Source of the DNA: Octopus vulgaris
Taxonomy: Eukaryota
NCBI GenBank assembly: GCA_951406725.2
Contig: OX597836.1
Location: 5,084,001-5,148,000, forward strand
Length of the DNA stretch: 64,000 nucleotides
Reading direction: 5' to 3'
Part shown: positions 41,950 through 56,380 of the stretch, piece after piece
How positions within the stretch are numbered: the stretch's first letter is position 1
Layout of the letters: every line of letters begins with the position of its first letter
Notes under the pieces: model-generated
The model's input: the letters and a program-made list of their open reading frames with translations, nothing else
Database searches by the model: none
What the model was told of the DNA's origin: nothing
Translations under genes and position numbers: made by a program

Positions 41950-42560
41950 AAAAATGCGAGCAAATATTATTCTTAAGATTATAAACCTGGAAATGTATAG
42001 GACAAGTTATTTCAACAGGTAAATAGAGAAGAAGAAAATTTTAACTTAAAAGCAGCTACGGATAACATTTGAAACTTAAAAATTATTTGATTTTGATTTA
42101 CAAAGTAACATTACAATTAAAAAATGTACCATCATTTTGTGAAAATAATGACACATTACAATACTTAAAAAATAAGAGCCAATTATTTTTCATAATCTAT
42201 TTTCAAATTTCTAGTTGTTAATTAATAATTAAGAAATGAATTTTTTAAATTGCAAAAACATTTTGAACTATTTTTTTTTATTTTGGTTTTCGTTTTGAGT
42301 AGGAATAAGGAGTAATAACAAATGAAAGTAATAACTTGTAATAAAATGTTTAGCTTTAATAAAAGCTAATATTTTCTAAAACTAAATATTTTATTTGAAA
42401 TTTTATCCTTAGCAGCAATATTTTAAGTAAAAATTTCCTTGTTCTCTATTTACCAGATGTAATAAGTTGTCCTGAGCCTTTCCAAGTATAATCATAACTT
42501 GTCCTGTATTTTTCCAGATTTATAATCGTAAGAATATTATTTCACTTGCTCGCATTTTTT
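41950..42560. mobile_element. MITE / non-autonomous DNA transposon with ~60-bp TIRs
   Basis: aaaaatgcgagcaa..attcttaagattataaacctggaaatgtataggacaagttat (41950-42010) is the imperfect reverse complement of 42494-42560. The interior is very AT-rich. Confidence 0.65.
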
Positions 42561-43240
42561 CGACCTCGGTGAAATTCGAACCGAGAACGTAAAGTCGGAC
42601 GAAATGCCGCTAAGCATTTATTCCGGCGTGCTAAAGATTCTTTTCAACTCTAGGCACACATCCCGAAATGTTTGGGGACAGGGCCTGTTGATTATATCGA
42701 CTCCTGTACGCAACTGTTACTTAATTTATCGACCTCGAAAAGAAGCAAGGCGAAGTCGACATGGTGGAATTTGACCTCAGAACGTAGACATATACCTATT
42801 TCTTTACTACCCACAAGGGGCTAAACACAAAAGGACAATCAAACGTGTGTGTGTGTGTGTCTGGGTACAAAGAGAAAGACAGCAAGGGTTCGTTGTTGGT
42901 TATGAAAAACAAAGCAGGTAAGATAATTAATGATTACAAAGCAAGTATTGAATTAGATGGTAAATCAAGCAGAGACTAATTAAGAAAGACTAAGAGAAGC
43001 AACACGTTTGCAGAATAAAGATTTATTGAAATATCTGTTTCAAAATTTGTCTCAGGTTCGAGGGAAAGTGTATGTCGATTACATCAACACCAGTGTTCGA
43101 ATGGTACTTATTTTATCGACCTCGAAATGATGAAAGGTAAAGTCGACTCCGGTCGAATTTGAACTCAAACTGTAAAGACGGATGAAACTGCCGCAAAGCA
43201 TTTGCCCGGCTTTCAAACGATTCTGCCAGCCCACCGACTT
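42561..43240 (-). mobile_element. SINE B/C cluster
   Basis: Repeated core at ~42565, ~42750 and ~43140. Confidence 0.72.
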
Positions 43241-43286
43241 TGTAATTCATAAATCATGAACAAAATATCATCTTGAAAGACACATC

Positions 43287-43350
<64 letters not shown>

Positions 43351-44294
43351 ATATATATGCATATATACATATATATGAACCACCTCATTGAACATGGCAT
43401 ATGCATGTCTGAAAAAATGTGTTGATGAAATGGTTCACTTGAGTAAAGTAGGAATCAAAGCGGTCCAAAGGTGAAGAATGTTTAAGGAACCAGTGGTTTT
43501 AATGTAACAAAGTGTTATACCAAGAAATTCGAAGAAAGTCATGGTTATTGCTATCATGAAATAAAATCTGATAATTTTCATTTAGACAATTATTTAAACG
43601 AATATATATATAGATAATGATACAGCACAAATTTTAAAAGCAATAACTATGTAAGGATTACAAAAACTGAGAAAGGAATAATAACCTATTAAATCTGTAT
43701 ACAGAGGTGTTTTTCAAAATCCAAATATTCTTAGAGAACGGTGTACCATATCACTCTAGTATTTCCTGAAATTTGCTAATATAATTTTATTCTTACCTGT
43801 ATCCAAAATGATTTTCAACATGGTCAAAATTATATTTTCGGTCAAGAATACCACAAAGCTTTTCAGAAAATATTTCCAATTGTAAAGAATGAGATCATTA
43901 AAATCTTAAGTGGCGAACCATTATTTGTGGTACATGCATTTTACTAGTAAAACTGGAAGGAGAACGGACCGATAATTACTTGCTTATGAGAAGATTAAGT
44001 GAATAAAATTTTATTCCCAGCAGAGTCTAAGAATATTTTCGATTTCTCGAAAATTTTAAAGAAGCCAAACTACGGAATATGTACATACTAAATCGTGAGT
44101 GGTATTCTCTGTGGGATGTTTGCATTGTAAACAAATTTCTCTGCACGCGCGCGCACACCACCTAGAAATACACAAACTCACGTGCACGTACAGGTGCACA
44201 CACGCACACAGGTATATATAATAATGGAGTTTCAATGTATAAAAATGGGTGTGTATATGTGAATATAAGCTTGTCGATTATCACTTATTGTGAA

Positions 44295-44600
44295 AGCGCA
44301 TGCCTGAGTGGTAAGAAAGTCGGATTCACAATCATGTAGTAGCGAGTTCGATTCCCGAATCGGGCTGCGTGTTGTGTTCTTGAGCAAGATACTTTATTTC
44401 ATGTTGTTCCAGTCCAATCAGCTGAAGAAATGAGTTATGACGTCACTGGTGCCTAGCTGTATCGACCCCTTTGCTTATCCCTCGGATAACATTGGTGGCG
44501 TGGAGAGGGAAAGCTGGCATGCATGCGAGACTGCCGAGACTTATGCCTTGGAGGGCGAACTTTCTAGATGCATTCCCATGACCATTCACAACCGGAAAGG
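44295..44600 (+). mobile_element. SINE family D variant (different 3' half)
   Basis: B box gagttcgattcc and cttgagcaag...tttatttca shared with family D. Confidence 0.7.
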
Positions 44601-47365
44601 ATCTTTATTCTTTACTTTAGTACTAAACAAAATACTAAACAAAATACTAGTAAATACGTGTAAAACAATCAGCGAACACATATATTTGCACATGGAATCG
44701 CACACGTATGCAAAGAGAGAGAGAGAGAGAGAGAATGAGAAAGAGAGAGAAATAGTGAGAACGCTGATATTTATGATTAATATATATTATAAAACACCAT
44801 TCAATATTAGTATGCTCCCACATTTTCTAATGATGCCGTTAAAGATGTGAGCGAAATCAATTAGCTTGACTTTTCTTAATTAGACACAGCCATTAACACC
44901 TGATTATCAATATTAACTTCAAAAGTTTTTCTGACTATCTCTCATTTTCTTTCATTTGTTAGATTATCTCTGCCTCTCTCTTTGGCTGTGTCTATCTGTC
45001 TGTCTGTTTGTCTCGCTCTCTCTAAATCTCACTCCGAATCTCTTTCTCTTAGCGTGCCAGTCTGTATATATCTCCCACACTATCTCTTGCTCCTCTCTCT
45101 CTCTCCCTCTCCCTCTTTCTGTATATGATCTATAACCTTGTTATCGTAAGCTATTAGGTGATGTAAACAAGTTGATAAATCAAGAAAGTTCGCAGCTTGC
45201 ATTGAAGCATAATATTTATTATATCAAGTGATAAAACTAAACGGACATTTATTAGCGTTATTGCATTCCATGCAGTAATCCAAACCGCTAGAAATAGTAG
45301 CGGCAGCACCTCACAATATTACACTCTATTCCCTCTTGTTATAATATGTTGAGTGAATCTCGCTAGCGGAATGGCTTTGATCAGCAAACTGGAAATAATA
45401 AAATAACACAAAGTGAAATAATATTGCAGAAATAAACCCTAGCAAGTAATATGGAGTCCTTTTGAAGAAAGATCAATCTGACTCGAAAATATCAAAATTT
45501 CTTTCAAGTTCTTCCCTAGCCAAATTTCTCTCAAACCAAGCCATCTCTTCTTAAAATAAAATACATCTTAATATTTAGAGAGTAACATATTATTCCTTTA
45601 GGGGAAAAAAAACAATGGATGGTTAAGCGTAGAGTGTTTCATATCATAGTGTTAAACACACGCGTTAGTTCTGGGTTAATAGAAAAATGAGACTAAATAA
45701 AGGTATTTACCAACTGAAGCAGCCTCCTAGACATCAATTTCACATTACTGGATGAAATTAAAATCCCAAATATTGATTTAGTGTGAAACCGAGATTCGAA
45801 ACTGAATCGGCTGAGCAGTCGAGTAGACATCACGATCAAAACACAATAGTTTCACATAATCGGTGTATTAAGAGACCAATCGACATCAAGCCATCCTGTG
45901 AATTGATTTTCTATAATCTGTTTCTTGTGCCCCATAAAAAGCCGCTTTTGTTGCCAACACTCTTGGCTCAACGTTATGAGCTGACTCATTCACACGTCTC
46001 ACTTCTTGCCATACAGAATGTTGAGGCAGCTGAGCGAGGACTATATACCTTCTCGTCGAGCCAGTCAGCCATTAAAGACAGCTGAGACTGATGACAAATT
46101 TTATCCGTCGCCAGAATGCTTGCTCCATAGTTTTCAGATATGCTGGCCCAGCAACATTATGTCTTACCAATAGCTTGCTGTAAACTCATGTATTATCTTT
46201 CACAGTATATAACTTTTACTCTTTTGAAGTGAAAAATTCCTAAACAATTTGTCTTGATGTGGGAAAATAAATTCTACTGGTTCAGGGGTGTTGTCCACGT
46301 TCTACATCCCACAGCTCAGGGAACATGTTTTCATTCATAAACTCAACCAGTTACTACAGCAGCCTCAACGAAAGATATATTTTATTCGCGGCATCCGGTG
46401 ACACGGCCATAACACACGAAAACATGTGACCAGAGTTTCGATCTTTGCATAATTTGAATTGACGAGAGTTTACGTTTTTATAGGACTAATATTATTGATG
46501 TTTATCGATACGCCATATGCCTCATAATTTGTTCAGTACGAATATTCAGATGATGTGTAAATGTTGCTATTAAACCTGTTTGTCTTATGTAATTCATATC
46601 AGGAAATCTTTGTTTGTGATCTTTCACTTTTTCCGAGCAATTAATTGTAATTGGAACGTAGGACTGAAAATATACCGAAACAAAACGCCAAGCTTGCTGA
46701 GAGGTCGCTCAACAAAAAGAACTCAAAAGACCAATGGCTATATTTAAGCGGTTGCTGAGTTCGGGCCACTGACCTCAATAAACAATACTAATGTGCAAGC
46801 GGTCACGGTATAAAATCAATAACAATAATAATAATAGTATCAACCATAATAACAATTTCTAACATAGGCATACGACCTCAATTTAGCTTCGAAAATCTCA
46901 AATATACTGGGAATGTCTTAGCTAAAGGACAAGATGATTATAGTTGAAATGCTTTTAAGCACACGTTTACAAAGTGTAAGCCAAGGGATAAACAACGAAA
47001 CTCTTATTTAATGGCCGAGGATAAACAATACAAGAAAAAACAAAGAAAAACAAAAAAAACTCAGCGATGATATTTGTATAGAGTTATTTATTAAATATTT
47101 CTTTGGTTCCTTTACTACTTTCAGCCATTGAATTCAGGCCGCAGTGTCAATTTCAATTGTTTAATTGAAGCATTAATGGTATCGATCACGCTAATTATTC
47201 CCTACGAGGACTTATTTACCGATCAATACTTAGGCATTGTCTGAGGTATGTAGTTTGAAAAATACCGGTTTTGGACAATGGCCGAGTATTCCGTAAACAA
47301 AAAACAAAAACAAAAAGTAAACAGAGCCTAAAGACAGATGCACACCCACTCACATTTTCATACCA

Positions 47366-47433
<68 letters not shown>

Positions 47434-47835
47434 GTGTAATTTTTTATGCGCTTTTGGAAATATTCTTGCAATATTTTCCTGCCACTCTGTCCCATTCCTT
47501 TACTTCACTTCTCTTTCAATTTCCTCTCTCTCTTTCTTTCCTTCAACCGCTGTTATCCCCCCCCCCCACCGTTTCTCTAATTCCTCTGACTCTTCCTCTC
47601 TCCTCCCACTATCAAGTGACCCGTGGAGTTCAAAGGCGGTGTCATCCTTTTATTTGCGTTGCCTTTGACCGGACCGGTCACGATCCTCTGCCCTCCTGAC
47701 TCTACCTGTTCTCTGTCCATATTCCTTTACGTCAGTTTCCATTTCTCCTTTGCCTTACCTACTTTTGCCTGCCTTCCGTCCCCATGGCATTTTGTTGATG
47801 TATATGTATTATTATTATTAGTAGTAGTAGTAGTA

Positions 47836-47876
<41 letters not shown>

Positions 47877-48069
47877 AATTGTTGTCTTCTGCTCCCAAAC
47901 CTTTATTCTGTCTCACATAATGTCCCACTCGTTTTGTTATGTTTTGTTCCCATCCTAGGTAAGTTTTTGCCGGTGCCTCTGAAATCCATACGGAAAAATT
48001 GTGGTCTAATGTGCCGGTACTAACCGGAGAAGAGGAGTTTTCTTCGAGTATTATATTTGATAGTGAAGA

Positions 48070-48365
48070 AGCGTAGCTTTGTGGTTAAAGTATTCTGCTC
48101 ACGATTGTTAGGGCGTGAGTTCCATTCCCGGTAGTGCGTACGGCTCGTGAGCATGATACCTTATTTCACTTTACTCGAGAATACTCAACTGACAAAAATG
48201 AGTAGTACGAGTATGTCAAAGGGCCGGCCTTATCACATTATATTTCACAACCAATCACCCTAAGAATTACACTAAGGGGCACACGTCCGTCTCTGATGAC
48301 TGCTCAACCACTTGCACGTTAATTCCACTGTTCTGACGATCTGATCAACTGGAAACCTCGTCGTT
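48070..48365 (+). mobile_element. SINE family D
   Basis: Colinear with the reverse complement of 4054-4357. Confidence 0.75.
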
Positions 48366-49565
48366 AATTTGCTAGACTCTGTTATGGTATCATGTTACAT
48401 AACCAAAAAACACTTTATCTTCTGCCATTTAACAATTGTCAAAATAGATAAGTATTTCGCAATCTTCCCAATATTATCTTTTCCAATCCTCTTATTACTT
48501 CAATATTCGGAATGCAAAATGTGAAACAACCTTCTATAACGATTCATTTCAAAAGCAATGTCGTTTTTTTTCCCCAACTTCTATTATTTGTAAGTACCAA
48601 TAGAATGGAGTTAAAATTACTTTTCCTCGTAAAAATTTTTTGTTATTGCAATCATTGTGCTTTTTCTAAATATAATCTAATTGTGTAAAATCTCATATAG
48701 CTGCTACATTCTGACATTTTATTTCTTTCTTTAAGCAAACATCATCCGTTAATGTACTTCATAAATATGAAACTTCCCTTCTACATTCGATGCATTCACC
48801 GTATTCTTTTTTGTTTTTTGTTTTTACCATTTATCCTTTAGTTTTATTTCAGCACTTATTTTCCATTCCATATCTTTTTTGGGGAAAATAACCAAACACA
48901 ATATTTACTCGACCAATGTAAAGATTATTGACAAGGTAGGCAGAAAATAAACACCGCGTATGTAAATCGAAGTTTAAAGTAACTCTCTGAATGGTTTCAT
49001 GTCTCTCACGGTTTCGTTTCTACACGGAGTCACACACACACACACACTTGTTCGTATCTTTGAACATTAGGTCCAGGCTACAGTTATTTCCTTGTTCTAT
49101 TCTCCTACACCCATAGGATGTACATAGGTTTATGTGTTTTTTGTTCTAGTTTTTTTAAAGCTAGTGTTTAATCCTGCCTATAATTTGATTCATTGAATGA
49201 ATACGATTACCAAGCTTTCGCTTTTATATTATAATATGGAAGACGGCAGGGAATTTAATTTTTGTATGACTCAATGGATTGGTTACTGCTTGGTTACGTA
49301 TTTAAGAGTTGGTTGTAAATTTAATTATTGGATTTATTTACCGATACGGTTTTACATAGGGTAAATGCGTTTGAAATTTGTGGTTTCTTTGGTATTTTTG
49401 TCCCTAAACAACACTTATTTAGTGCTGTTAACACCGCTATATTGAATGGTATTGCCCAGGTGTCGAAACGATAATGATATCCGTGGGGAAGCTGATGATG
49501 GTTGTATGTTAGATTGTTGGTATGCTCGTTTCTGTATATGTGGAACCGTATTATAACACATCCGT

Positions 49566-49590
<25 letters not shown>

Positions 49591-49596
<6 letters not shown>

Positions 49597-50009
49597 GGGT
49601 AGAAATCAATATTTATCAATTAAAACCAGTGTTCTAACATATTAAAAAAATCCGAAGATTAAATATTTATATATACCAATTAAGGACTGAACACGAAAAA
49701 GTGGACAGTCAACATGCTAGATATAGACGTCAAATCGCCATTCTCCACAAAAGATTATGTTCTCAGATCAAACTCAACACCAACTCAAGCAATAAACAAG
49801 TGAAAATATACGAAAAATAATACTCATCCATGTACTGAATCAGTTTCGACTATCATTATCCGTTAGGTTACCCGTAGTCTTCGTCAGCATGGCCGATATG
49901 AATGAAATCTGCTGAACTAGATGCAAAAAAACGATACCGGAGTATCATCACGTGCGTAGATTTCAACCGATTACATCCGAATGTAAATTTCAAATGCCTT
50001 TAACTTTGG
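49591..50009 (-). mobile_element. ~420-bp HHR-bearing PLE-like fragment between two (TA)n tracts
   Basis: Contains the 49828-49892 HHR. Its terminus taagggtagaaatc resembles the 6741 terminus. Flanked by (TA)n at ~49567-49590 and ~50010-50028. Confidence 0.55.
49828..49892 (-). ncRNA. Complete type I hammerhead ribozyme motif
   Basis: Minus strand reads CCAUG-CUGACGA-A-GACUA...UAGUC-GAA-ACUG(AUU)CAGU-A-CAUGG. All three stems and the core are intact, and the cleavage triplet is GUA. Confidence 0.8.
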
Positions 50010-51301
50010 TATATATATATATATATATAACACATCTGATATATATGTATACACCGGGTTTTTTCAGTTTCTGTCTAGTAATTACACTCACAAGTCCGTC
50101 GTCGACCTGAAGCCTGAAGACTATTTCTCAAGATGCCACGCTATGTGGGTGAACCCGGGACCTTGCGATTTGGAGACAAAGTTCTTAACTCACAGCCAAG
50201 CATTGAATAATAAATAAAAAAAAACTGGCCAATCTTAAAAGGCAACAATGAGATATATACATGTAACGCTACTGAAAAAAGAGACAAACGTGAAAATCAC
50301 GAGAATAAATTGAATAATGTATATAGCGGATAAAATAATGGAAACATTATTTGGATTTTTATCATATTTCTTTATATATAAACATTTTAACCTAAATAAT
50401 CAAAATAGAAAACGAAAATACAAATAATAATAATACAATGTAAAAGAAAATATATTATGTTTCATCATAGAATCACGAATAAATGGATGTGAACTAAAAC
50501 AAAACAAGACACAAAATCCAAATTCTTCAGAAATGTTCATAACAGATTCTTATTTCCAATGAAGTTGCACGCGAAGTCAAGAACATGACTGACATAAAAA
50601 ATACAAGTCGTAATTCAAAGAGTCTATCTTTATAGAAAGCGATTAACATTCCATGAACCATCCAAACATTTCGAATTGTAACAACATCGACTTTACGAAG
50701 AAATATGTTAAAACAAGGAGAGAAAAAGATATGCAGTTACAACAACGAGAATGGTTGATAGTTTTGGTGAGAAATAGGGTTATCCACCGGATCCTGTTGA
50801 CTGGAATGTTAAATATAATCGCACATCCTAATACTCACACACACACGCACACTTGATACTACTTGGGACAGATTCTGGATAGATTTTGAAGAGAGAAAAA
50901 GGTAGGATATTGACGAGGTGGCGAATATCGACGAATGCAGTTTGATAAGCAAACAACCGATTGATTGTATAATCAGCACATTGAAAAACGATCGATTAGG
51001 TAGATGGCAAAACATTTAGGCAATTGAATAACAATAAAGAAGCGATATTGAGCCAGTGCGTGTGTTTTGTTGTTAAGTTTATTTAATTTTTTATTTTATC
51101 TCAGGTTTTGTTGTAACTACTGGTGTCTTGCAAGCGTGGCGGTCTTGCTGCCTGCAGCCTCTGGTGCCATGCTATCCATTCTTTTCAGCTATCCAATACC
51201 TTCCTGATTATTCTGATCGTGGCAAGAAGGCACAACTTTCGTAACAGTTGCACTGGACACTCTATTCCAATTTTCTTTATATTCCTCTTGACGCGTTCTG
51301 A

Positions 51302-51345
51302 TACTACTACTACTACTACTCTACTACTACTACTACTACTACTAT

Positions 51346-51380
<35 letters not shown>

Positions 51381-51429
51381 TCACTTCTACTACTACTACT
51401 ATCACTACTACTACTACTACTACTACTAT

Positions 51430-51461
<32 letters not shown>
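51302..51461. repeat. (CTA)n microsatellite
   Basis: Direct inspection. Confidence 0.95.
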
Positions 51462-51494
51462 TTTTTTTATCATTATTATTATAGTGTTATGGTG

Positions 51495-51690
51495 TCGAAT
51501 TGGCCGATGCAATGCTTAGCAGTATTTCGTCCCCTGCTATGGTTGGAGTTCAAATTGCGCCGTGGTCGACTTTGACTTACATCCCTTCGTGATCGATAAA
51601 TTAAATACCAGTTGAGTGTTCGGGGCGATGTAATCGACTATCCCCCTCCCCTAATTTCCAAGTCTTGTGCCTATAGTAGAAAGGATTATT
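51495..51690 (+). mobile_element. SINE family B
   Basis: tgcttagcagtatttcgtc...gagttcaaattgcgccgtggtcgacttt...cttgtgcctatagtagaaaggat. Confidence 0.72.
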
Positions 51691-52711
51691 ATTATTATCA
51701 GTATCATCATTATTATTATTATTGACTTAAAGAAATTCCCAAGATATAATATTAGTAAAGCAGTTATTTTGATTAATAACGAAACTTAGTGAAACTGCTA
51801 TTTCTACAGAATACGAAATGTAGGAATCACCAGGGAAATTATTAATCTTCATTCTTTTGGATAAATTATATTATCGCTATCCTGAACAAAATCGTAAGGA
51901 TAAATTTAATGGTCCAGTGATATACAGAAACTGTATCGCTATGTTTATTGGAAAATATTATTTTTCCTCTCAGAATAGCTGAATAAATACTAAATTCCCA
52001 GAACCATATGCCGTCAGTATCGTACGAGAACTTAACAACAATAAGAGACGATAGAATGTTATGGTTATAAAGATCTCTTATGAAGAGTTTCAATATTTCA
52101 ATATCATAGCTGAAGTCTTTAGGGGTACAAAGCAGGGAAAAAAAATTATGTTATCATTAAAAGTGATATACAGCATCATACTGGTACATCGATATATCAT
52201 GAATATATTGATGAGGATTTCAGAGGGAATGTTAGAAACGGACAGATTCTAAAGAAAAATCTATTCCCTTTTAACAGGGGGGGAAATGTTATAAATAAAC
52301 TCCTTCTCATATACACAGTACGCCAATATATTTAGCAAAGTGCTCAGCCAACAATCGCTTCGGATATATTTCGAAATAAACTAAAAGAAATAATCAGTTT
52401 TATATTAGTTCTGTTGACTTCCAGTCCTATTCTACGAAGACAATTTTCTGCCGTTTCTACTGCCTAAATCATTCCAGATTCAGCCCAGAAATTGACATGA
52501 AAATGGCTTGCAAATGGAAATTTTGGCATATTTGAAAAGCGGAATTTTTTTATTAATTCTTTTATTATTATTTTAATTAAAATATAATAAAATAAATCAG
52601 TGACAATGGATTTCAACGGGAGATTTCTTTAGAACTACTCAGAAACAGCTGAAACAGGCAGAGTTCAACGCTTTAAAATATGGAAAATATTACAAGAAAC
52701 ATTATAGACAA

Positions 52712-53380
52712 AAGCGAAGTCGTGATCGTGTGGTAAGAAGCTTGCTTTCCAAACACATGGTCCTCGGTTTCAGTCGTACTTCAGGGATCCATGAGCAAGT
52801 GTCTTCTGTGTGTGTGTGTGCGTAGAGTGTGTCGTCAAAAATGTCTTCTCATTTTGACTCTCCCATATCTCACGAATTTTTTCATTTCTTTTCAGACGAA
52901 TTTGACCCTGATAATGGCAGAAATACGATCAAACTTCGAAGAAAGAAAAGTTATCAGAAAATTCTATTGGAAGCAAAAAAATATCCAGCTCACCACATTC
53001 CAGTTCGTCGGATAGTTTTGTTTAGACGAACGAGAACGCGAAACTGAGTAAAAGTTTTTGTTATATTTTTGTCGGTTTTAATAAAGTACCTGTATATGTA
53101 TTCGTGTGTGTGTGTGTATAGATATGTTTGTCTGTGTGTGTGTGTGTATGTGTATACCTGTATATATATCTTTGTTGTGTGTTTGTACTCGCTCTATCGC
53201 TTGACAACAGGGGTCAATTTGTTTCTATCCCCTTAACTTAGTGTTTCGGCATAAAAAGCGAGCGATAGAATAAATAACAAGATAAAAAAAAAAGAGAAAT
53301 ACTGGGGGCGATTCATTCAACTAAACTAATTCTTGAATGTTCCCCAACATGGCCGCAGTCCAATCACTGAGACAAATATA
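52712..53380 (+). mobile_element. Old SINE family A interrupted by a DNA transposon
   Basis: Head gtgtggtaagaagcttgc...gagcaagtgtcttct and tail gcttgacaac...catggccgcagtc. Confidence 0.65.
52822..53096 (+). mobile_element. Internally deleted Tc1/mariner-like element nested in a SINE
   Basis: MAEIRSNFEERKVIRKFYWKQKN resembles the N-terminus of DUF4817-type transposases. Ends ...acctgTA. Splits a SINE into head (52712-52810) and tail (53100-53380). Confidence 0.5.
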
Positions 53381-53856
53381 GAAGAGGAAGAGGAAAAAAC
53401 ATTCAGAGCTGACCGACGGAAAATAATCAGTAAAAAAACATGTCAATATAGAAACAAAAAGAATAAAGTAAAACTAGTTGTTAGTCATGCATATCAGGGG
53501 CGTCACGGTTCCTCGAAAATAAAGGTAAAAAGCACAAAAACTTGTCGAAATGATACGCATAACAATTCGTTGATTTTTGCCCTCAAGCCATTTTTTCATA
53601 TGCATAATAAAATTCCTGGTAGATATTGAAAAAAACAAATAGTGTCTATATTACAGCTTCGCAACGCTAGGGTACAGGCAGCAACATACATATTATATAT
53701 ACATACTATATATCAATATCTATAGGTATCTTTCTATCTATCTATCTATCTATCTATCTGTCTGTCTATCTATCTATCTGTCTATCCTCGTATCTATCAA
53801 TCTGTCTATCTATCTATGTATTTATCTATCGTACAAAATCTGTCTCACTCTTTCTT

Positions 53857-53918
<62 letters not shown>

Positions 53919-54031
53919 TACACACCTGTATATATATATAAATGCAAAGACAGAGAAGGGGATAGAGAAACAGACACGGAGAGAAGCTGACAGAGAGACA
54001 GAGTGGAGCTGACAAATAAAGAGAGAGAAGC

Positions 54032-54064
<33 letters not shown>

Positions 54065-54216
54065 AGGGGGACAGAGAGAAAGAGTGAGCAGTGACACAAA
54101 AAGAGAGAGAGGGAGAGATAGAGAGTGAGAGTGAATTTGGCTTTGGGCAGCTAGAGAAATCAGGTAATTCACAACTCCATTAATGATATCAGCATAGCTT
54201 TAGGCGAAGTATTAAC

Positions 54217-54266
<50 letters not shown>

Positions 54267-54584
54267 TTATTATTGCATGCAGCAAAAGGGGGCTTGGCAG
54301 TGAAATGCTCAAACAAAGCATTCTTAGCTCTAAAGTCATTTTGAATATATATATATACGCGAGTTTGTGTGTGTGTCTGTATACATATTGTATGTAAGTA
54401 TGTATGTATGTATGTATGTATGTATGTGTGTGTGTGTGTGTATTGGAAGTCAGAGAAATTTTGTGGCTTGAAGTAATAACCAGTGAATAAGGATTCTGTT
54501 TGAACCAAATGTTCCCAAACTGGGGTAAATGTAATCCCAGGATACACATTTTCACATGATACTTTACGAATAGATCTATTTATT

Positions 54585-54659
54585 CATCATCATCATCATT
54601 ATTATTATTATTATTACTATTATTATTACTATTATTATTACTATTATTATTATTATTAC

Positions 54660-54720
<61 letters not shown>
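54585..54720. repeat. (ATT)n microsatellite
   Basis: Direct inspection. Confidence 0.95.
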
Positions 54721-55312
54721 GCTGTTGTTGTTATTAAGGTGGAGTCGTTAGCATGCTTAGCGGCATTTCGTCAGTCTCTACACTCTGTGTTCAAATTCTG
54801 CCGAGGTCGAACTTGCCTTCATGATGATGTCGATGATGATGATGGTGGTGGTGGTGGTGGTGGTGGTGGTCTGATAATGGTGAAAAGAATTTTCTTTTAT
54901 TTACCTAAATCCATGATGTTCTTCTTCTACACGTTCGGTCAAACTTGACGCTTCGGTTTGTTAGAGAGGAGGAAGTGGCGGAGAGCCAGCCAATGCATGA
55001 CGCTGTCGCTCGTAGCGTTAGTGGAAGTGAGAGATGGAGAGAAAGAGAGAGATATATAGTGCTTAGCAGAGGGAAACTTTAAAATCATATGATGCATATC
55101 AAAGACACAGAAATGAAGGACTTTAGATCATAAGTGTTATCTCCACAGATTCGTTGTGAAGTTTTAAACGGTGGTAGAACATTGCTTAATTTCATATTAT
55201 AATAGAAATAGGATCATCTACAACATCATTGATGGCTGTAGGATCGAGTTAAGACCCATATATCCATAGAACCCCTAAACACTAAAACTATTTTCGTGCC
55301 TCAATGTATACT

Positions 55313-55693
55313 CTCTCTTTTACTCTTTTACTTGTTTCAGTCACTTAACTGCGGCCATGCTGGAGCACCGCCTTTAGTCGAGCAAATCGACCCCGGGACT
55401 TATTCTTTGTAAGCCCAGTACTTATTCTATCGGTCTTTTTTTGCCGAACCGCTAAGTTACGGGAACGTAAACACACCAGCATCGGTTGTCAAGCAATGCT
55501 AGGGGGACAAACACAGACACACAAACACATACACACATATATATATATACATATATACGACAGGCTTCTTTCAGTTTCCGTCTACCAAATCCACTCACAA
55601 GGCACTGGTCGGCCCGAGGCTATAGCAGAAGGACAGAACCCGGAACCATGTGGTTGATTAGCAAGCTACTTACCACACAGCCACTCCTGCGCC
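55313..55693 (-). mobile_element. SINE family A with internal deletion
   Basis: Near-identical to 20098-20515 but lacks the acttgcccaag...gtgg segment near 55631. Confidence 0.85.
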
Positions 55694-56311
55694 TATATTA
55701 TATATATATATAATTGAAAATATAAATAATAGTATACCAATAAACATATGCATTTTTCTAAACAAAACAGATCTAAGGGCATGATGGAAAATAGTGTTTA
55801 TTTTTCGCATACGTCCATTTTATTGAATCTCTTTCTCCTACGTTTTGTAATTGCAAAGGTTTTGGTCAGATTCTTAAAATTAATCTTACGTAACACATTT
55901 GCTTGTAAACTTATCGGAGTGAAGGCATCCCGAATACTATTTCAGCAAATTTAAAATGAATTCCTTTGAGCCGTAAACTATTTATCATGTCCGTGTAACC
56001 CCTCTTCCTTTGATGCCCCGAATAGCTGCTTATTTGACTCCATGTTGAGTCCGGTGCTGGATGACATTTTAGCACTGAAGTACAGGTTTAGATTGAGAGA
56101 GAAAGAGGGAGAAAGGTGCTGCAGAGATCGAACGAGATATAAAGATTAATTTATTGATTGTATCATCCACAAGCAGATCAGGGAAGTGTTTATGTTTCCG
56201 AAAAGATATACTCTCAAGTTGAAGGTTCGTAGATAGGGCAACCTACAGTCTGTTGTAGAAAGGTGATACGCAATGCCGAATAACAACTTGATAGTAATGA
56301 ACGAAAGAGCA

Positions 56312-56376
<65 letters not shown>

Positions 56377-56380
56377 ATTT

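Noticed and set aside
45860-46430. Possible LINE reverse-transcriptase remnant (RPIDIK...LAQRY)
   Set aside because: Similarity is too weak to call without an HMM search.
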